A stretch of DNA of 64,000 nucleotides from Amoebidium appalachense (GCA_963693365.1 CAVNZM010000002.1:558001-622000); one strand, 5' to 3'; numbered from the stretch's first letter, positions 20,940 through 33,965 are shown. Numbers and translations are program-made. Notes: generated by a model from the letters alone, not told the origin.

Positions 20940-23900
20940 TTTATCCTTCTTCTTCTGGAATGCTCGGACACTGGGCCCCCAAAAGGGCCTCCCCCCCGGG
21001 ACACTCGACGATAAAATCAGCTACATACAACAACAGACAAACAACCACACGTTTACAGTGATTTGCGAAACACAGTTTAAAAACCACCACAAATTCAACT
21101 CTACATTGGTCGACACATCCACACACCCCGGTTACGCGAAAAACCGAGGCATTATTGTACTTGCCGCACCACACGTGAGAGTGAAGTGCAAACCGGTAGC
21201 AAAAACGGAATTCTCGGTTTCTATAGAGTTTCTTTCTAATGTTTTTACTTTTGTATATTACCCACCATCTATGTCGGTTGTCGAATTGACTCACGAGTTG
21301 TCACAGTTACCAATGTCCACTGTTATTTTAGGTGATTTTAACACGCGACTCCACCACACAGACACACTGCAAGTGAGTGTCGGGTACCCATCTAAGCCCC
21401 CGGAGCGTGCTATCCCTTTAGCAAGGTATGTCCAAAGTCACACTTTGCGGTTCCCTCAAATATCCCATGCCCACAACACCGACTGGGGAGTGGCCTTTTG
21501 GCCATCAACCATGTCAAAACTCTCTCTCCCTCCTAACCTCTCTAGGTCATCTGACCACTCTCCTATCCTTTTCCTACCTAAGATCTCCCTTGATCTGCTC
21601 CCCCCTCCCCCTCCCACCTTTCGCCTCCGTCTATCCCAGCTTAAGTCACAGTGGGGTAGAGTTGATGTATGTGTATGCTATGCTACGAAACACCCTATAT
21701 ATATGCGCCTATTAGAATCTGCACAAGCCAGGCCAGATTCACATCTCGTACTAGATACATGCACTAACTTTATTGTTGATGATTTGATAGATCTCGGTGA
21801 TTATGCTGGCGGTGGTAGGAAGGAATATCCCGATGCTCTCTTGTTACCAAACACCACTCCCGCTAGACTAGGTGAACCCCTGTCTCAAAAGGAAAGCTTG
21901 CGCCGGCTTGCTAGTATGAATCGATTTGGCCCCCCTGCTCGTATTATTGGTGATACCACTGGAGACCCCCTCATAGACTCTGATAAGTATTTCTCGGAAC
22001 TGTTTAAAGATAGGACCCCCGCTCAGAAACCTATTGTGTGGCCTGTAGACCCATCTATCCCCATAGAATCGATCCTCCCCTTTTTCAGTCCCGATGCCAT
22101 ATGGTCTGTGATATCTAGTTATAGCTCTAGTAAGTCTTGTGGACCTGATGGACTCCCTGCTGGGTTTCTTAAAATCCTTGTTCCCTCCTACCCACAAAAG
22201 GAAAGTGATCGTGCTATTAAACCTGATCTTACTATCATGTTAAGCTCTCTCTTTTCTTGGTGTGTTAAATGTGGGCATGTCCCGTCATCTTGGTTAGATA
22301 CCTTAGTGATCCCCATAGTTAAGAAGGACTCTGAGGGCCCCATATCATCCTTTCGCCCCATTACACTAACCCAGGTTGTTCGTAGATTCTTTGAAGCTTG
22401 CTTACTTAGGTTATTTGCACATCACCCTAGGTTTCAATCTATTCTTCACATACACCCATGCCAATCCGCGTTTCGTAAAAACAATTCATGTTATGTTCAA
22501 ATAATGGCACTGCACGATTCTATGCAAGTTGGTGCACAATATGTTGGCTTTATTGATTGGAAAACTGCTTACGATTCTGTCTCCCCTGGTCTCCTATGGG
22601 AAAAGCTAAGCCTTGCTGCACGGGGTGTACCACACTGCATTGGTGTTCTGTTAGAAGCACTCTTGTCTCAAACCTATGGTAGAGCTGTGGTTAATGGGCA
22701 TCTTTCATATGGTTTTGCTCGTACTAGAGGTCTCTTGCAGGGTTCATTGCTTAGCCCCTTTTTGTTTAACCTATTTATAGATGATTTGGCTGTCAAGATT
22801 TACGCCGAAAACGATGACCCTATTAATAACTTTCCGCCTGCACTTCTCTATGCTGATGATCTGTCCCTCCTTGCCCGTACCCCTAGACGCCTGCAAAGAT
22901 TGTTCGATGTAGTGTCAGAGTGGTGCAAGGCAAACCTTATGATCCTTAACATAGACAAATGTGGTGTTCTTGTACCTGATATAGCTAACAATTTACACAC
23001 ATTTACATTATCATCTAAACCTGTACCTATAGTTCCAGAATACAAATATCTTGGTGTTCCGGTTGATTCTGTTGGTGTTATGTTTCCCCATATGGTCGAA
23101 AAGAGGGTAGAGTTGGCTCGTAAGCGGTTAGCTTTCTTCTCGGCTAATATTTTTAAAGACACACCCCTCCATCCTTCTATTAGACTTACATTTATTCGCA
23201 CTTTTGTCTTCCCGGCATGTGAATATGGTTTACCCCTTCTCGCCGCTTGGATCAAGAAAGAGAGAACTAGAGCGCTTAAACCCTTGGCAAATTTCCTTGA
23301 AGCAGAAGTTGCCTCCTTTCTATCTAACAACTGTTGTAAACCTGGGCCTGTAACGCTCTCGATATATGGTCTGGTCCCAATAGCTGCTAGAGTATCCTAT
23401 CTCGCGCTGAAATTCAATAAGCACATAAGCCGCTTAAAGAAGTATTTGCCCTCCCACCCTCTCTTCTCTATCCGACCTGTCCCCTCCTCACCTCTCCCCT
23501 CTTTCCTCCCCTCTCTCTCCCCTTCTCCCCTGGGCACAAATACAAATAAACCCCGCAATAGTGTGTGTGTGACTTTGGACTGCCACTTACTTATTAAACA
23601 TGTACACAATCACAAGATAATCACGCAATATAACAAATGGAAAAAGATACCACACGACACTAGACCCGATGAAAGCATACACCTTGAAAAACTAAGCCTT
23701 ATGTCTCGTTTTATATATACTGACCGCCTCAACCATATTGCCAAATATGGCACTCGCAAGTGTATAACACCTAAATACATATTACCTTCCTGTAGAACTG
23801 GTCTTTCTCTAGCTGATGGTATTATTGATCAATTACCACGCTTTTACTGTACACGTGCTATACAGTGGAGATCTAATAAGTATAAGGTGGCATCATTTGC

Positions 23901-24132
23901 ATGCCCAAACAACACACACACACACCAGTTTAACCGGTCATGTATCGCCAAATGTAGTTTGATAGACCACATAATACCGCAACACACACACGTCACATTC
24001 ACAACAGACACCCAGAAAGATAGCCTACCTGTAAATTACAACATCCTTGATTTTATACTAAACACGCGTAACTACGACCTGTTTATTAGATGTATTGATT
24101 GGCTTGAGAAACACATCACTACAAAATTATAG
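20932..24132 (+). CDS. LINE ORF2: AP endonuclease + reverse transcriptase
   Basis: APE motifs FWNARTL, ICET, ILGDFN, SDHSP; RT motifs CGPDGLP, FRPITL, QGSLLSPFLF, YADD, YKYLGV; Cys/His-rich tail. Confidence 0.96.
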   Translation: MPNLSFFFWNARTLGPQKGLPPGTLDDKISYIQQQTNNHTFTVICETQFKNHHKFNSTLVDTSTHPGYAKNRGIIVLAAPHVRVKCKPVAKTEFSVSIEFLSNVFTFVYYPPSMSVVELTHELSQLPMSTVILGDFNTRLHHTDTLQVSVGYPSKPPERAIPLARYVQSHTLRFPQISHAHNTDWGVAFWPSTMSKLSLPPNLSRSSDHSPILFLPKISLDLLPPPPPTFRLRLSQLKSQWGRVDVCVCYATKHPIYMRLLESAQARPDSHLVLDTCTNFIVDDLIDLGDYAGGGRKEYPDALLLPNTTPARLGEPLSQKESLRRLASMNRFGPPARIIGDTTGDPLIDSDKYFSELFKDRTPAQKPIVWPVDPSIPIESILPFFSPDAIWSVISSYSSSKSCGPDGLPAGFLKILVPSYPQKESDRAIKPDLTIMLSSLFSWCVKCGHVPSSWLDTLVIPIVKKDSEGPISSFRPITLTQVVRRFFEACLLRLFAHHPRFQSILHIHPCQSAFRKNNSCYVQIMALHDSMQVGAQYVGFIDWKTAYDSVSPGLLWEKLSLAARGVPHCIGVLLEALLSQTYGRAVVNGHLSYGFARTRGLLQGSLLSPFLFNLFIDDLAVKIYAENDDPINNFPPALLYADDLSLLARTPRRLQRLFDVVSEWCKANLMILNIDKCGVLVPDIANNLHTFTLSSKPVPIVPEYKYLGVPVDSVGVMFPHMVEKRVELARKRLAFFSANIFKDTPLHPSIRLTFIRTFVFPACEYGLPLLAAWIKKERTRALKPLANFLEAEVASFLSNNCCKPGPVTLSIYGLVPIAARVSYLALKFNKHISRLKKYLPSHPLFSIRPVPSSPLPSFLPSLSPSPLGTNTNKPRNSVCVTLDCHLLIKHVHNHKIITQYNKWKKIPHDTRPDESIHLEKLSLMSRFIYTDRLNHIAKYGTRKCITPKYILPSCRTGLSLADGIIDQLPRFYCTRAIQWRSNKYKVASFACPNNTHTHQFNRSCIAKCSLIDHIIPQHTHVTFTTDTQKDSLPVNYNILDFILNTRNYDLFIRCIDWLEKHITTKL

Positions 24133-24134
24133 CG

Positions 24135-24199
<65 letters not shown>

Positions 24200-24231
24200 C
24201 CAGCTGATACCGAGTGTCCCGAGGGGAGCCC

Positions 24232-24268
<37 letters not shown>

Positions 24269-24650
24269 GGGGAACCCCAACTAATTGATTTCTCCTTGTA
24301 GTCTTTATGGTGTCTCGTAGAGAAAGTAAACCCTGATATATAGTCACCACCCGACATCTATGTACGTGATCATGATATACCGCTGAGGGGATATTCCGAG
24401 CAAACCCCCCCCCCCCCCATACCTGAGACTGGTTCTCTTTGCCTCGAGTAAACAGCGTAAACCCCATCCCGTATCCCTTAATGATACGTCGCATGTACCC
24501 ATGTACGGGCGGCAAAGTGCGCACCGTGACGTCACCGGCGACACCGGCACCGGTGCAGTCAACCGGGCGGCTACATTCCTTTGCGCGAGCGGGCAAGCAC
24601 GCAAGCTCTGACGGCAAGAACTGGTAGATACGCAAATGCACACTAACATG

Positions 24651-24705
<55 letters not shown>

Positions 24706-25634
24706 CTTCATCTTTATCCACTTCCCTTTTCCTTGTGGTTTTTTCTGTGGTGCACAGTGGAATTTCCCCGGCACCGGTCCGTGCACCACCATGCATTCAA
24801 AACTCCCGGGACAACCAATCATCGTGCTACAGAAACTGAGCCGGGTGGTTCGCGGTTAGCCAATCAGCATGCAGCTACCGGCACACATAGTGATACACGG
24901 TGTTTGTGTATTGCGCGGGCAAATGGTTGATTGGTTATTCTGAATGCGCGTCATTAGACTGCTAGCCTAATTAGGTAAAAAAGCATGCTATCAACTGCCT
25001 GAGAACTTCAGAACGGCAAGTGTTGATAGCAGCAACACTCAAAAAGAAATATTAGTTATAAATACGTTGAGTATTTTTTTTGTCCCCAGTTACGATGTAT
25101 AATGGCACTAGCTAAATAGATTGTGAGCAGAAGACATTGACAATTATTTACATTTCCAGATGAAATAATCAGCGTGATGCGCGCAGTTATTTATCCAGGG
25201 ACACATCAATTGCAATTGGATAACAATCACACTTGCTAAAGAGTGGTGCCGGTAGTTGCCGGCTGCTCCAAAGTAGCGAACGGCCGTTGGGCGCGAAATG
25301 AAACTCGGTGACGTTCTACGCCGGGTCTCTGTTTTTCGCTCACTCAGTCTCAGCACGCGATCAAGTTTCGGCTGAATTCCAGGGGGGGAAAAAGGGACAC
25401 CAAAAGAGTTGAAGAAGTGTTGTGCTGTAGCGAAATAAAGATAGCAGGGAGATGACACCGCTAGTTGTATTCTTTTGATCTGAGGCATAGAACATTAGGA
25501 AGACTGTAAAAGCTTTGGAAGAGCCGGCATTCGAACCCCAAAACGAATTCTTTTCTTCTGGACTTTGCATCATTAGAAAGCGTCGTGCAGACGCATAAAC
25601 CACAGTGGAAATAATTTCCTATAGGAAGTGAACC

Positions 25635-26674
25635 ATGGCGGTGGTCAAGTGGCGGCTGCTCTCCATGGCAGACAAAGCAGATGTGCCTCTTGCCCGGCAC
25701 GGACACAAGGCTGTGTCGGTGGGCAAAAACGTGGTCGTTTTTGGTGGAGGGAGAGACAGTCTGTATGATGATGTGGGCGTCTTCGACACAGGTGAGTGCA
25801 TAATCTGTCTGGGTTGGGCCTGGGTGGATGATGGCATCGACTTGGTCTGTTTGGCATGGAAAGGTACTTCTACCGAATGGTGGATGCGATCTTCACTATT
25901 ATGTGATTCGGCCCAGAAAAGCATACGCAAGGGCATTAATGGTACTGTGCCCGCATACGGACACTAGGAGGACTAAGACAGGTTGCACGTACACGGTTGT
26001 CACTGTGTATTTGGCTTGCATGTACGCAGATGTACAGACGTGCATGTGTGTGTCTCCACATTAGAGATTTGGCACTTAAACGTACTGGATAGATGCTACT
26101 AAACACTGGGTCAGTCGTATACTCAACTGCAACACACACACACCACTTTCCAACTATGAGGTTTGCACCATGCCCAAACACACTACCCACTATATATATG
26201 CTCGTAGCATGTGCTCATGTTTCTCTTGCAGAGAGCCTCGAGTGGCACCGGCCCGGTGTTCTGGGGCCCGGCCCAGGTGCCTGTGCAGCGCACTGCATGG
26301 CTTCGGATGGAATTCGCCATGTTTACGTCTATGGCGGGTTGGTGGAGGCAGGCCACTACGGCAGCACGGTAGGTGCCCCCTGTTGATGCTCGTTGACGGC
26401 AATCAATTTCGTTCGGCACGGACCGTCAGCGCAAATATCATGGTGTGTACTAAGGGGGGGGGAAAACCTCCTACTCTCAATGTGCCCGAGACGTATGCGG
26501 GAAAGGCTGCCGGCAGATGCATGCGTTTTACCGTATCTTAGCTTCTTGATACGTGTAGATCTGACAACCACCACTCAGCACATCACCTATCCAGCCCTTA
26601 CTAACCAAGCCAACCCCCCCCCCCCCCCCCCTCCCCCCAACCCCCCCGCTCCCCCCCTTCCCCATCTTCCTCCC

Positions 26675-26718
<44 letters not shown>

Positions 26719-27773
26719 ACACACACACACATAACAACAAACAAACAAACAAACAAAAAACAACAAAACAAAAAAAAAAAAAAAAAAAAACTTGAAACAA
26801 CGATAGCTCTACCGCTTAGACACGCGGCTGTGGGAGTGGCAGCAGCTTACGACTACTGGCACCTCCCCGGGGCCACGTCTTGGCAGTGCCATGGTGGTGG
26901 AGGGGGGTCCTTGCACGTGTTTGGGGGGGTCACAACACGCAACCATAGGCCGGCCTACACAAACGACCTACATTGTCTGGACCTGAACACTATGGTGCGC
27001 TGTGTTCTACCCTGTGGCTGTTGCTATTGGCTGTGTGGGTGCTCTTGTGGGTCTTGGTTTGCTGTGCTCTTGATGTATTTTTTCCTTTTCCAACATTTTC
27101 CCACCAATTCTTCTCTTGCTTTCGCCCCTTATTCCTTTTCACGTGGTTTTCTGTTAGATGGCGTCAAAAATGGATGGATCTTGCCTGAGACCTCTTCCCC
27201 TCATCCTCCAGTGCCCGTCCCCAGAAAGGGAAAACAATTCATATAATATTAGTGCTGACCCCCCCCCCCCCCCCTTTTCCAGAATTGGTGCAGAATCGAG
27301 GGCCAGGGCAGTGCCCCCAGTCCCCGGGAGTCCCACACGGTTGTTGCCTGCAGGAGCACACTTGTGGTCTATGGCGGCATGAATGGCACGGTATTGAACC
27401 CCCCCTCCAGCTCGAAATTTGGCAATGCAATGGATGAGGCAAAGGTTTTAGGCTATGCAGAGAGGAAGCGGTTTATGTTGGAAAGGAAAACGAGGAGCAA
27501 ATCTGTATGTGCTAATAATAGGTGGTAGATGAGAAGAAATCTCTTAAACTTAATATCCTTATTCTGTCCGCGGAAGATCGGGGAGACGGAGAGAGGGGGG
27601 GGGGGGGGGAGGGGGGGGGGGAGGGGGTGTTACAACTTGATCAGCTTGCAAAGAACAAAGGCGAAGAAACAGGAGTTTGTAGAGACCACAGCAAGAGATT
27701 TCTCGCTATTTTACAGGCAAGGCCTAACAACATCTAGCTTCTTTTTCTTATTCGAAGTACTTTGGGTCAAAAA

Positions 27774-27804
<31 letters not shown>

Positions 27805-28168
27805 GAAAAAGGAACTGACGAAAAGAGAAGAATCGTGGCAATACCTATCCCCCCCCCCCCCCTCCTCCCCCCTCCCCCCCCCGGGTACCTTCCTTTCCCT
27901 CACAACCTCAACCTCACCCCCCCACCCCCCCCACAGCGGCTCAGTGATGTGCACGTGTTTGATCTCAGCACCCACACGTGGCACCAACCCCCTCCTCACG
28001 GGCACACCCCCACCCCCCCGGTCCCTCCACACGTCATCCCTCGTGGGCCACCGCATGTACGTGTTTGGTGGCTGGGTCCCGGCCACTGAAAACACGTGGG
28101 AGTGCACAAACACACTCGCTTATCTCGATCTGGGTAAGTGTGACTATGCCTTCCCCTTCCCCCTTTTC

Positions 28169-28214
<46 letters not shown>

Positions 28215-28366
28215 GTCTGGCATCTCCTTTACCGATCAGGCTTTCTTCGATTTCATCTCCTCTAACCATATAAGTTTGTACTGGTTATCCGAGTGTTAGT
28301 TATTGGGCAAATAATCCACACGGGTGCCTTTCAAAATTCGAGCTTCATTTTCCACAGGATTCTTAC

Positions 28367-28401
<35 letters not shown>

Positions 28402-28417
28402 TTTCCCCCCCCTCCCT

Positions 28418-28455
<38 letters not shown>

Positions 28456-29617
28456 AACAGACACGTACAGCTGGCACAGTTTCACGTTCCGACCGCACGA
28501 CCAAGGGGTGCCCAAGGCCAGGGCAGGGCACTGTGCTGCGGCAGTGGACGGGAGGCTCTACGTGTGGAGTGGAAGGGCCGGCAGCCATGCAAATAGCATC
28601 CCTACGTGCTGCAGGGATATGTGGGTGCTGGAGACAGGTACGCCCTTATATGGAAGGTGGTGTGCTTGCTAGATATGGGAAGTGGTGGGGTTGCTGGATA
28701 TGGAGGTTGGCTTTGTACTATAGTATGTGTGGAGGGTTCAGTGGGGCCTCGTACGAAGAGATGTGTAGGTGCTAAATAGAGTGGAGATACCAAATATGGA
28801 AGGCGGAGCAGCTGCCAACTATAGAAGGGGTTGCAAAATATGGAACATGGCGCAGGTGCCAAATATGGAAAGAAGTGCAGTTGTCAGATATGGAAAGAGG
28901 TGCAGTTGCCAAATATGGAAGGGGGGGTCTTGTCGTCATGTTGAAGATTGTCTGCGCAAAGGAAGCCAGGCAAGGGGGGCATCAGAAACATATTTCCCTA
29001 TAACATTTTTTGTTAGTTGGGTACTGCATCGTATACCAAAATACATTTTCCCGCCAGTCGTGACAGGCACAACTACAGTTTCGATGCACTAATAACCCCC
29101 CCTCCCCCCTCCTCCGCCCCTTCCCCCTCCATATACACACACACAGGGGCACCCCGTCAGAGCGTTCGAGTGCGCGGGGCCCACTGCACGGCACTGAGTC
29201 TAGGGGGCCAGTGGGACACAGTCAGGGGGGCCGATGCGTATCGGGTGCAGTGTATGGTGGTGGAGGGGACACAGCCACACACATACGGCACACCGAGGGA
29301 GGAGGAGGCGGGGGATGAACCCGTGCCTGGAATATGGTACGTGTGTGTGTGTGTGAGTATGTGTGTGTGTGTGCGTGTGTGTTTGTGTGTGTGTGTTTAA
29401 GTGTGCATGTGTGAGAGCAAGGACTGTTTGAAAAAAGAAAAAGGCTGTGCAGATCGTGTTGCTGATTCATCATTGGTCGATTGGTGGTCCAATGTAGGCG
29501 GTGTGTATGCAAATTATATTTGCCTACCCCCCCCCCCCCCCCTCCCCCCCCTCCCACTTTCTCTTTTTCAGTAAATAGTCATGGGATATCTGGTGGTGGG
29601 AACAGGATGCGTACCGT

Positions 29618-29691
<74 letters not shown>

Positions 29692-29732
29692 GGGGGGAGA
29701 TCGGGGAGGGGGCAGGGGGAGGGTTGAGAGAG

Positions 29733-29790
<58 letters not shown>

Positions 29791-30434
29791 GGGGCAATAC
29801 TGATGTGTGTACGTGGGCAGGTATGAGGTTGGGTATGTGCAGAGGACAGCCATCGAGTTCAGCCACTTCCACATGCTGGCTGCAGCTATGAGCCCGGCAA
29901 GCAGTGCGGGCGGCCAGGTGTGTGGGTGTGTGTGTGCGTAGGTGTGTGTATGTGTGTATGTGTCTGTGTGATTGTGTGTTCTGCCCTATCCTGGTTCTTT
30001 CCAGCCCATTCACTCCTTCCCTCTGTACTTCCTTTTCCTGGACCGTTTCGGGTGGAGGGGGAGGGGGGGGGGGGGGGAGGGGGGGGTTAGGTGTATGGGA
30101 AAGAGAAAAAAGCCAAGGATTGGGAGTTACAGAGGACGAAGGAACAAATCAGGAAGGGAGAGAATATGTGGAGTGAGAGGGAGAGTCGGTGGCTTGTGCA
30201 AGTGCCTTTCTCTCACATCCCAGAGACCCCTCCCCCCCCCCCCCCCCCCCCCCCCCCCTCCCCCAATCTCCGTCCCTCTCCACCCCCCCCCCCCCCCCCC
30301 CCCCCCCCCGTCTACCACTTATCAATGCCCAACCCGTGCAGGACACACATTCACACGAGGAGCGCAGCCCGGACATGCACGAAGACATGCACAGTGACAC
30401 AGACAGCAGGCGGTCATCCGTGGAGGTGGCTAGG

Positions 30435-30474
<40 letters not shown>

Positions 30475-31547
30475 TTACCTCTGCCTGGAGAAATGGCCGA
30501 CACTACACCTACTGTGCGAAGCATCCTTTTTACTTCATGGGTCACTCCAAGTGTTTATCTCCGTCTAGTCATGCATCCCGTTTTCTCATCGTCCACCCGC
30601 TCTCCTTCCCTGTCAAGTGATCGGTCCACACGATTTTATTCCCCCCATCTCATTTGTCCATTAGTTCTTTATCGTACTTCTCTCACGCTCTCACTAGGCC
30701 TCTATTCTACTTCTTTATCCCTTTCTCATTGATCCACTCATTCTATTTTCCCCCTTTCTTATTGGCTGACTCATTCTTTATCCCTTTCTCATTGGTCCAT
30801 TCCCACCCTTTATCCCCCCACTGATTGGCTTTTCCACAGCGACACGCTTCAACCCTCCACCTGCTATTCTGTCCGTGTGGCCCCAGTCAATGGCTGTGGG
30901 GAGGGACCTTGGGGTCCCCCAACAGTTTTCACCACCCGCCCATGCTGTAAGTGCCCCCCCCCCCCCCCCTCCCCCCTGTGGCCCCACCTTCCCCACTACC
31001 AAGGATATTACCCTTTTTGAATAGCTACAAGATTGTATCATTTCCAAGGAGAAGGCCCGTACGGTAAGGGGTGCCGGAGGGAAGGGGGAGGGGGAGGGAG
31101 GGGTATAGTCAGGAAATTGGTTTGTCTAAGGAGAGCGGGCAGGTGCAAAACATCCACCCACTAACCCCAATTGACCCCAGCCGCTCCTTCTGTGCCTGGG
31201 CCCTTTGGGTTCCAAATTACGCGCGATGCCATCAACTTTGAATGGACACCCCCGGCTGAGGTATAAGACACCCCCCTCCCCCGTCCCCCAAAAAAAAAGA
31301 AGAAAAAAAAAAGAAAGAAAGAAAGAAAGAAAGAGAAGACAGTAACTCACATGCTCAACTGCCCATGTAGAAAACACAAGGTAGCGGCGGTGCTTGGTAC
31401 TCGGTGACTTTTGTGCTTTGCATTATCCCCAGGATTCGAGCCGGGTGGGGAGGGGGGTTAGACCTCAATGTTTAGTGGCCAACTAAGATAAGTTAGTGTT
31501 AGGTGCTTACCTTCTGGGGGGGGGAGGGGGCGGGGCGGGCGGGCAGG

Positions 31548-31598
<51 letters not shown>

Positions 31599-31884
31599 CG
31601 TACAAATAGGGCACTCATCCTAATAGGGCACTTATACACCTTGGATACTTAACCGATTTATATGCAGTGTGGGGGCCAGGCCATCAGCCACTACTGTCTG
31701 GACCTGACGGTCGAGCCGTGTGCCATGCAGGCAGTGCCCGATAGTGCCCCGGTAGGCACTTATACATGCATGGGTGTTTCTTGCTGGTGTCTTCATACTC
31801 TGCATGTGCGTGTCCTTGAGTGATAGAGTAGGGTGGATGGATACTGGGGTTGTCTTTGTTCTTAGATCCTCCGGTTGGGGACGA

Positions 31885-31924
<40 letters not shown>

Positions 31925-32070
31925 ACCTCTGTGTGGAGACATGGTTTGCGTCCGTGTGTGTTTGGGGGGTGGGGCATGGAGGGGTGGAGTTGATCGCGTA
32001 GGGATTGATGCGGGTGAGTCTGGTTGGTTTATTGACACACCCCCCCCCCCCCCTCCCCCCCTCCCCCGCC

Positions 32071-32107
<37 letters not shown>

Positions 32108-32290
32108 CACACACAGAACCGTGGGCCTGTACGTGTGTATGTTGGGCCCAGCACCCGCCACCGTCTATCCCTCAGCGATGTACGCAGCCACCTGCCACCT
32201 CATACCACCTACTGCACGGTGGAGTGCAGGCTGGCTGCTGCAAATAGCATCGGGGTGGGCCCTGCAGTGACCGTGCATATTCCAGGTGTG

Positions 32291-32331
<41 letters not shown>

Positions 32332-32351
32332 AGCATGCATGCATGCATGCG

Positions 32352-32393
<42 letters not shown>

Positions 32394-32869
32394 GGGTGGG
32401 TGGGTGGGGGGGGGGGGGGGGAGGGGGGAGGGCTATACATGGCTGTGTCTCTGATAGTGTGCGGTGGGGCATATCGGCAAATGTGCGTGTGTGAACTCCA
32501 AATGAAAGGGCAGGCAATGTGTAGAAAACGGAACTGCTTAGGTGCATGTGTGCATGGGCACGCATGACTCCACATACCATACGTGATTCTTACCCAATCA
32601 CATGCAGCCTTCAACAGCTATGGCCCACCCCAACCTATTGAGCCCCCCCCACCACCTGCACCCGTTGCATCGGTGCCCCCCAGCCCCACCATGAGCCCCC
32701 CACACAGCCCAGCACCCAGTGAGGTATTGAAAACCCCCTTGTTTGATAGTATCATTCCTACTATCTAGCATTATGATCAAGGTTGTAGATCAAATATTGC
32801 GATTCAGTTCACGGTTGGTGGCGGTGGTGTGTGTGTGTGTGTGGTGGTGGTGGTGGTGGTGGTGGTGGT

Positions 32870-32902
<33 letters not shown>

Positions 32903-33846
32903 TCATGCACACAGTGACATGAAGGAATCGACGGAGGAAAAGAGGAAGAGAGGCCTGGACTTTGTGGTAGGCATAGCACGATGGTGACGGTCTGGATTCG
33001 TGGCCCACCAATCAGATGGCAGTGTTTGCTGATGCTCACTTCCTGCACAGGGCGCTGTGTCTGACGAGGAGGATGGCATGTCTGCTGATGGCTCACAGGA
33101 CTTGGACCAGGGTGGGTACTCTCTTGCACGTGCATGCACTCACACACAAGGGCAGACACACATGCATGCACGTGCATGCACTCACACATAAAGGCAGACA
33201 CACATGCATGCACGTGCATGCACTCACACACAAAGGCAGACACACATGCATGCACGTGCATGCACTCACACATAAAGGCACACATGACGTGCATGCACTC
33301 ACACATAAAGGCAGACACACATGAAGGCAGTGCACGTCTAGGCATGCAAATGCACATTGCAAGCATGGACGAGTGCATGTACATGCACCCCATGTAATAG
33401 CCACCACCCACCACCTCACGCTAATGGCACCACGTCCCATATCATCCCCCTGTTATAGTGCAGACTCCTTGTGAGATTTCCACCTTGCATGGTGTTGCCC
33501 CTTATGGACGTATTTCCACCTTGCATGGTGTTGCCCCTTATGGACGTATTTCCACCTTGCATGGTGTTGCCCCTTATGGACGTATTTCCACCTTGCATGG
33601 TGTTGCCCCTTATGGACGTATTTCCACCTTGCATGGTGTTGCCCCTTATGGACGTATTTCCACCTTGCATGGTGTTGCCCCTTATGGACGTATTTCCACC
33701 TTGCATGGTGTTGCCCCTTATGGACGTATTTCCACCTTGCATGGTGTTGCCCCTTATGGACGTGTGCTTCGTACTCTCGAACCACATTTAACAACTCCCC
33801 CCACAAAAAAACAAAAAAAACAAACAATAAACACAAACACACACAT

Positions 33847-33902
<56 letters not shown>

Positions 33903-33903
33903 G

Positions 33904-33965
<62 letters not shown>

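Larger units (their letters stand above)
19532..24465 (+). mobile_element. Full-length APE-type non-LTR retrotransposon (LINE), copy 1
   Basis: ORF1 and ORF2 are intact. 11-bp TSD ATCCCGTATCC at 19521-19531 and 24466-24476. Near-identical to 55757-60632. Confidence 0.95.
16163..24477 (+). mobile_element. TIR DNA transposon (~3.4 kb without the LINE insert), TTAA-flanked, THAP + PIF/Harbinger-ISL2EU-like transposase remnant + EXO1-like nuclease
   Basis: Left end TTAA|GGGATACGGGATCG (16159-16176). Right end CGATCCCGTATCC (19519-19531), completed after the LINE as ATCCCGTATCCC|TTAA (24466-24481). A perfect 14-bp subterminal inverted repeat pairs CTTTCTGGCGCCGC (16190-16203) with GCGGCGCCAGAAAG (19481-19494). 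Confidence 0.88.

Noticed and set aside
24360-24380. U1 snRNA similarity (CATGATCACG on the minus strand) in the LINE tail
   Set aside because: It is only a 10-nt match, with no U1 5' end or Sm site.
33476-33763. 36-bp repeats as a CRISPR array
   Set aside because: The units are head-to-tail with no spacers, there are no cas genes, and the array is in a eukaryotic intron. It is a minisatellite.
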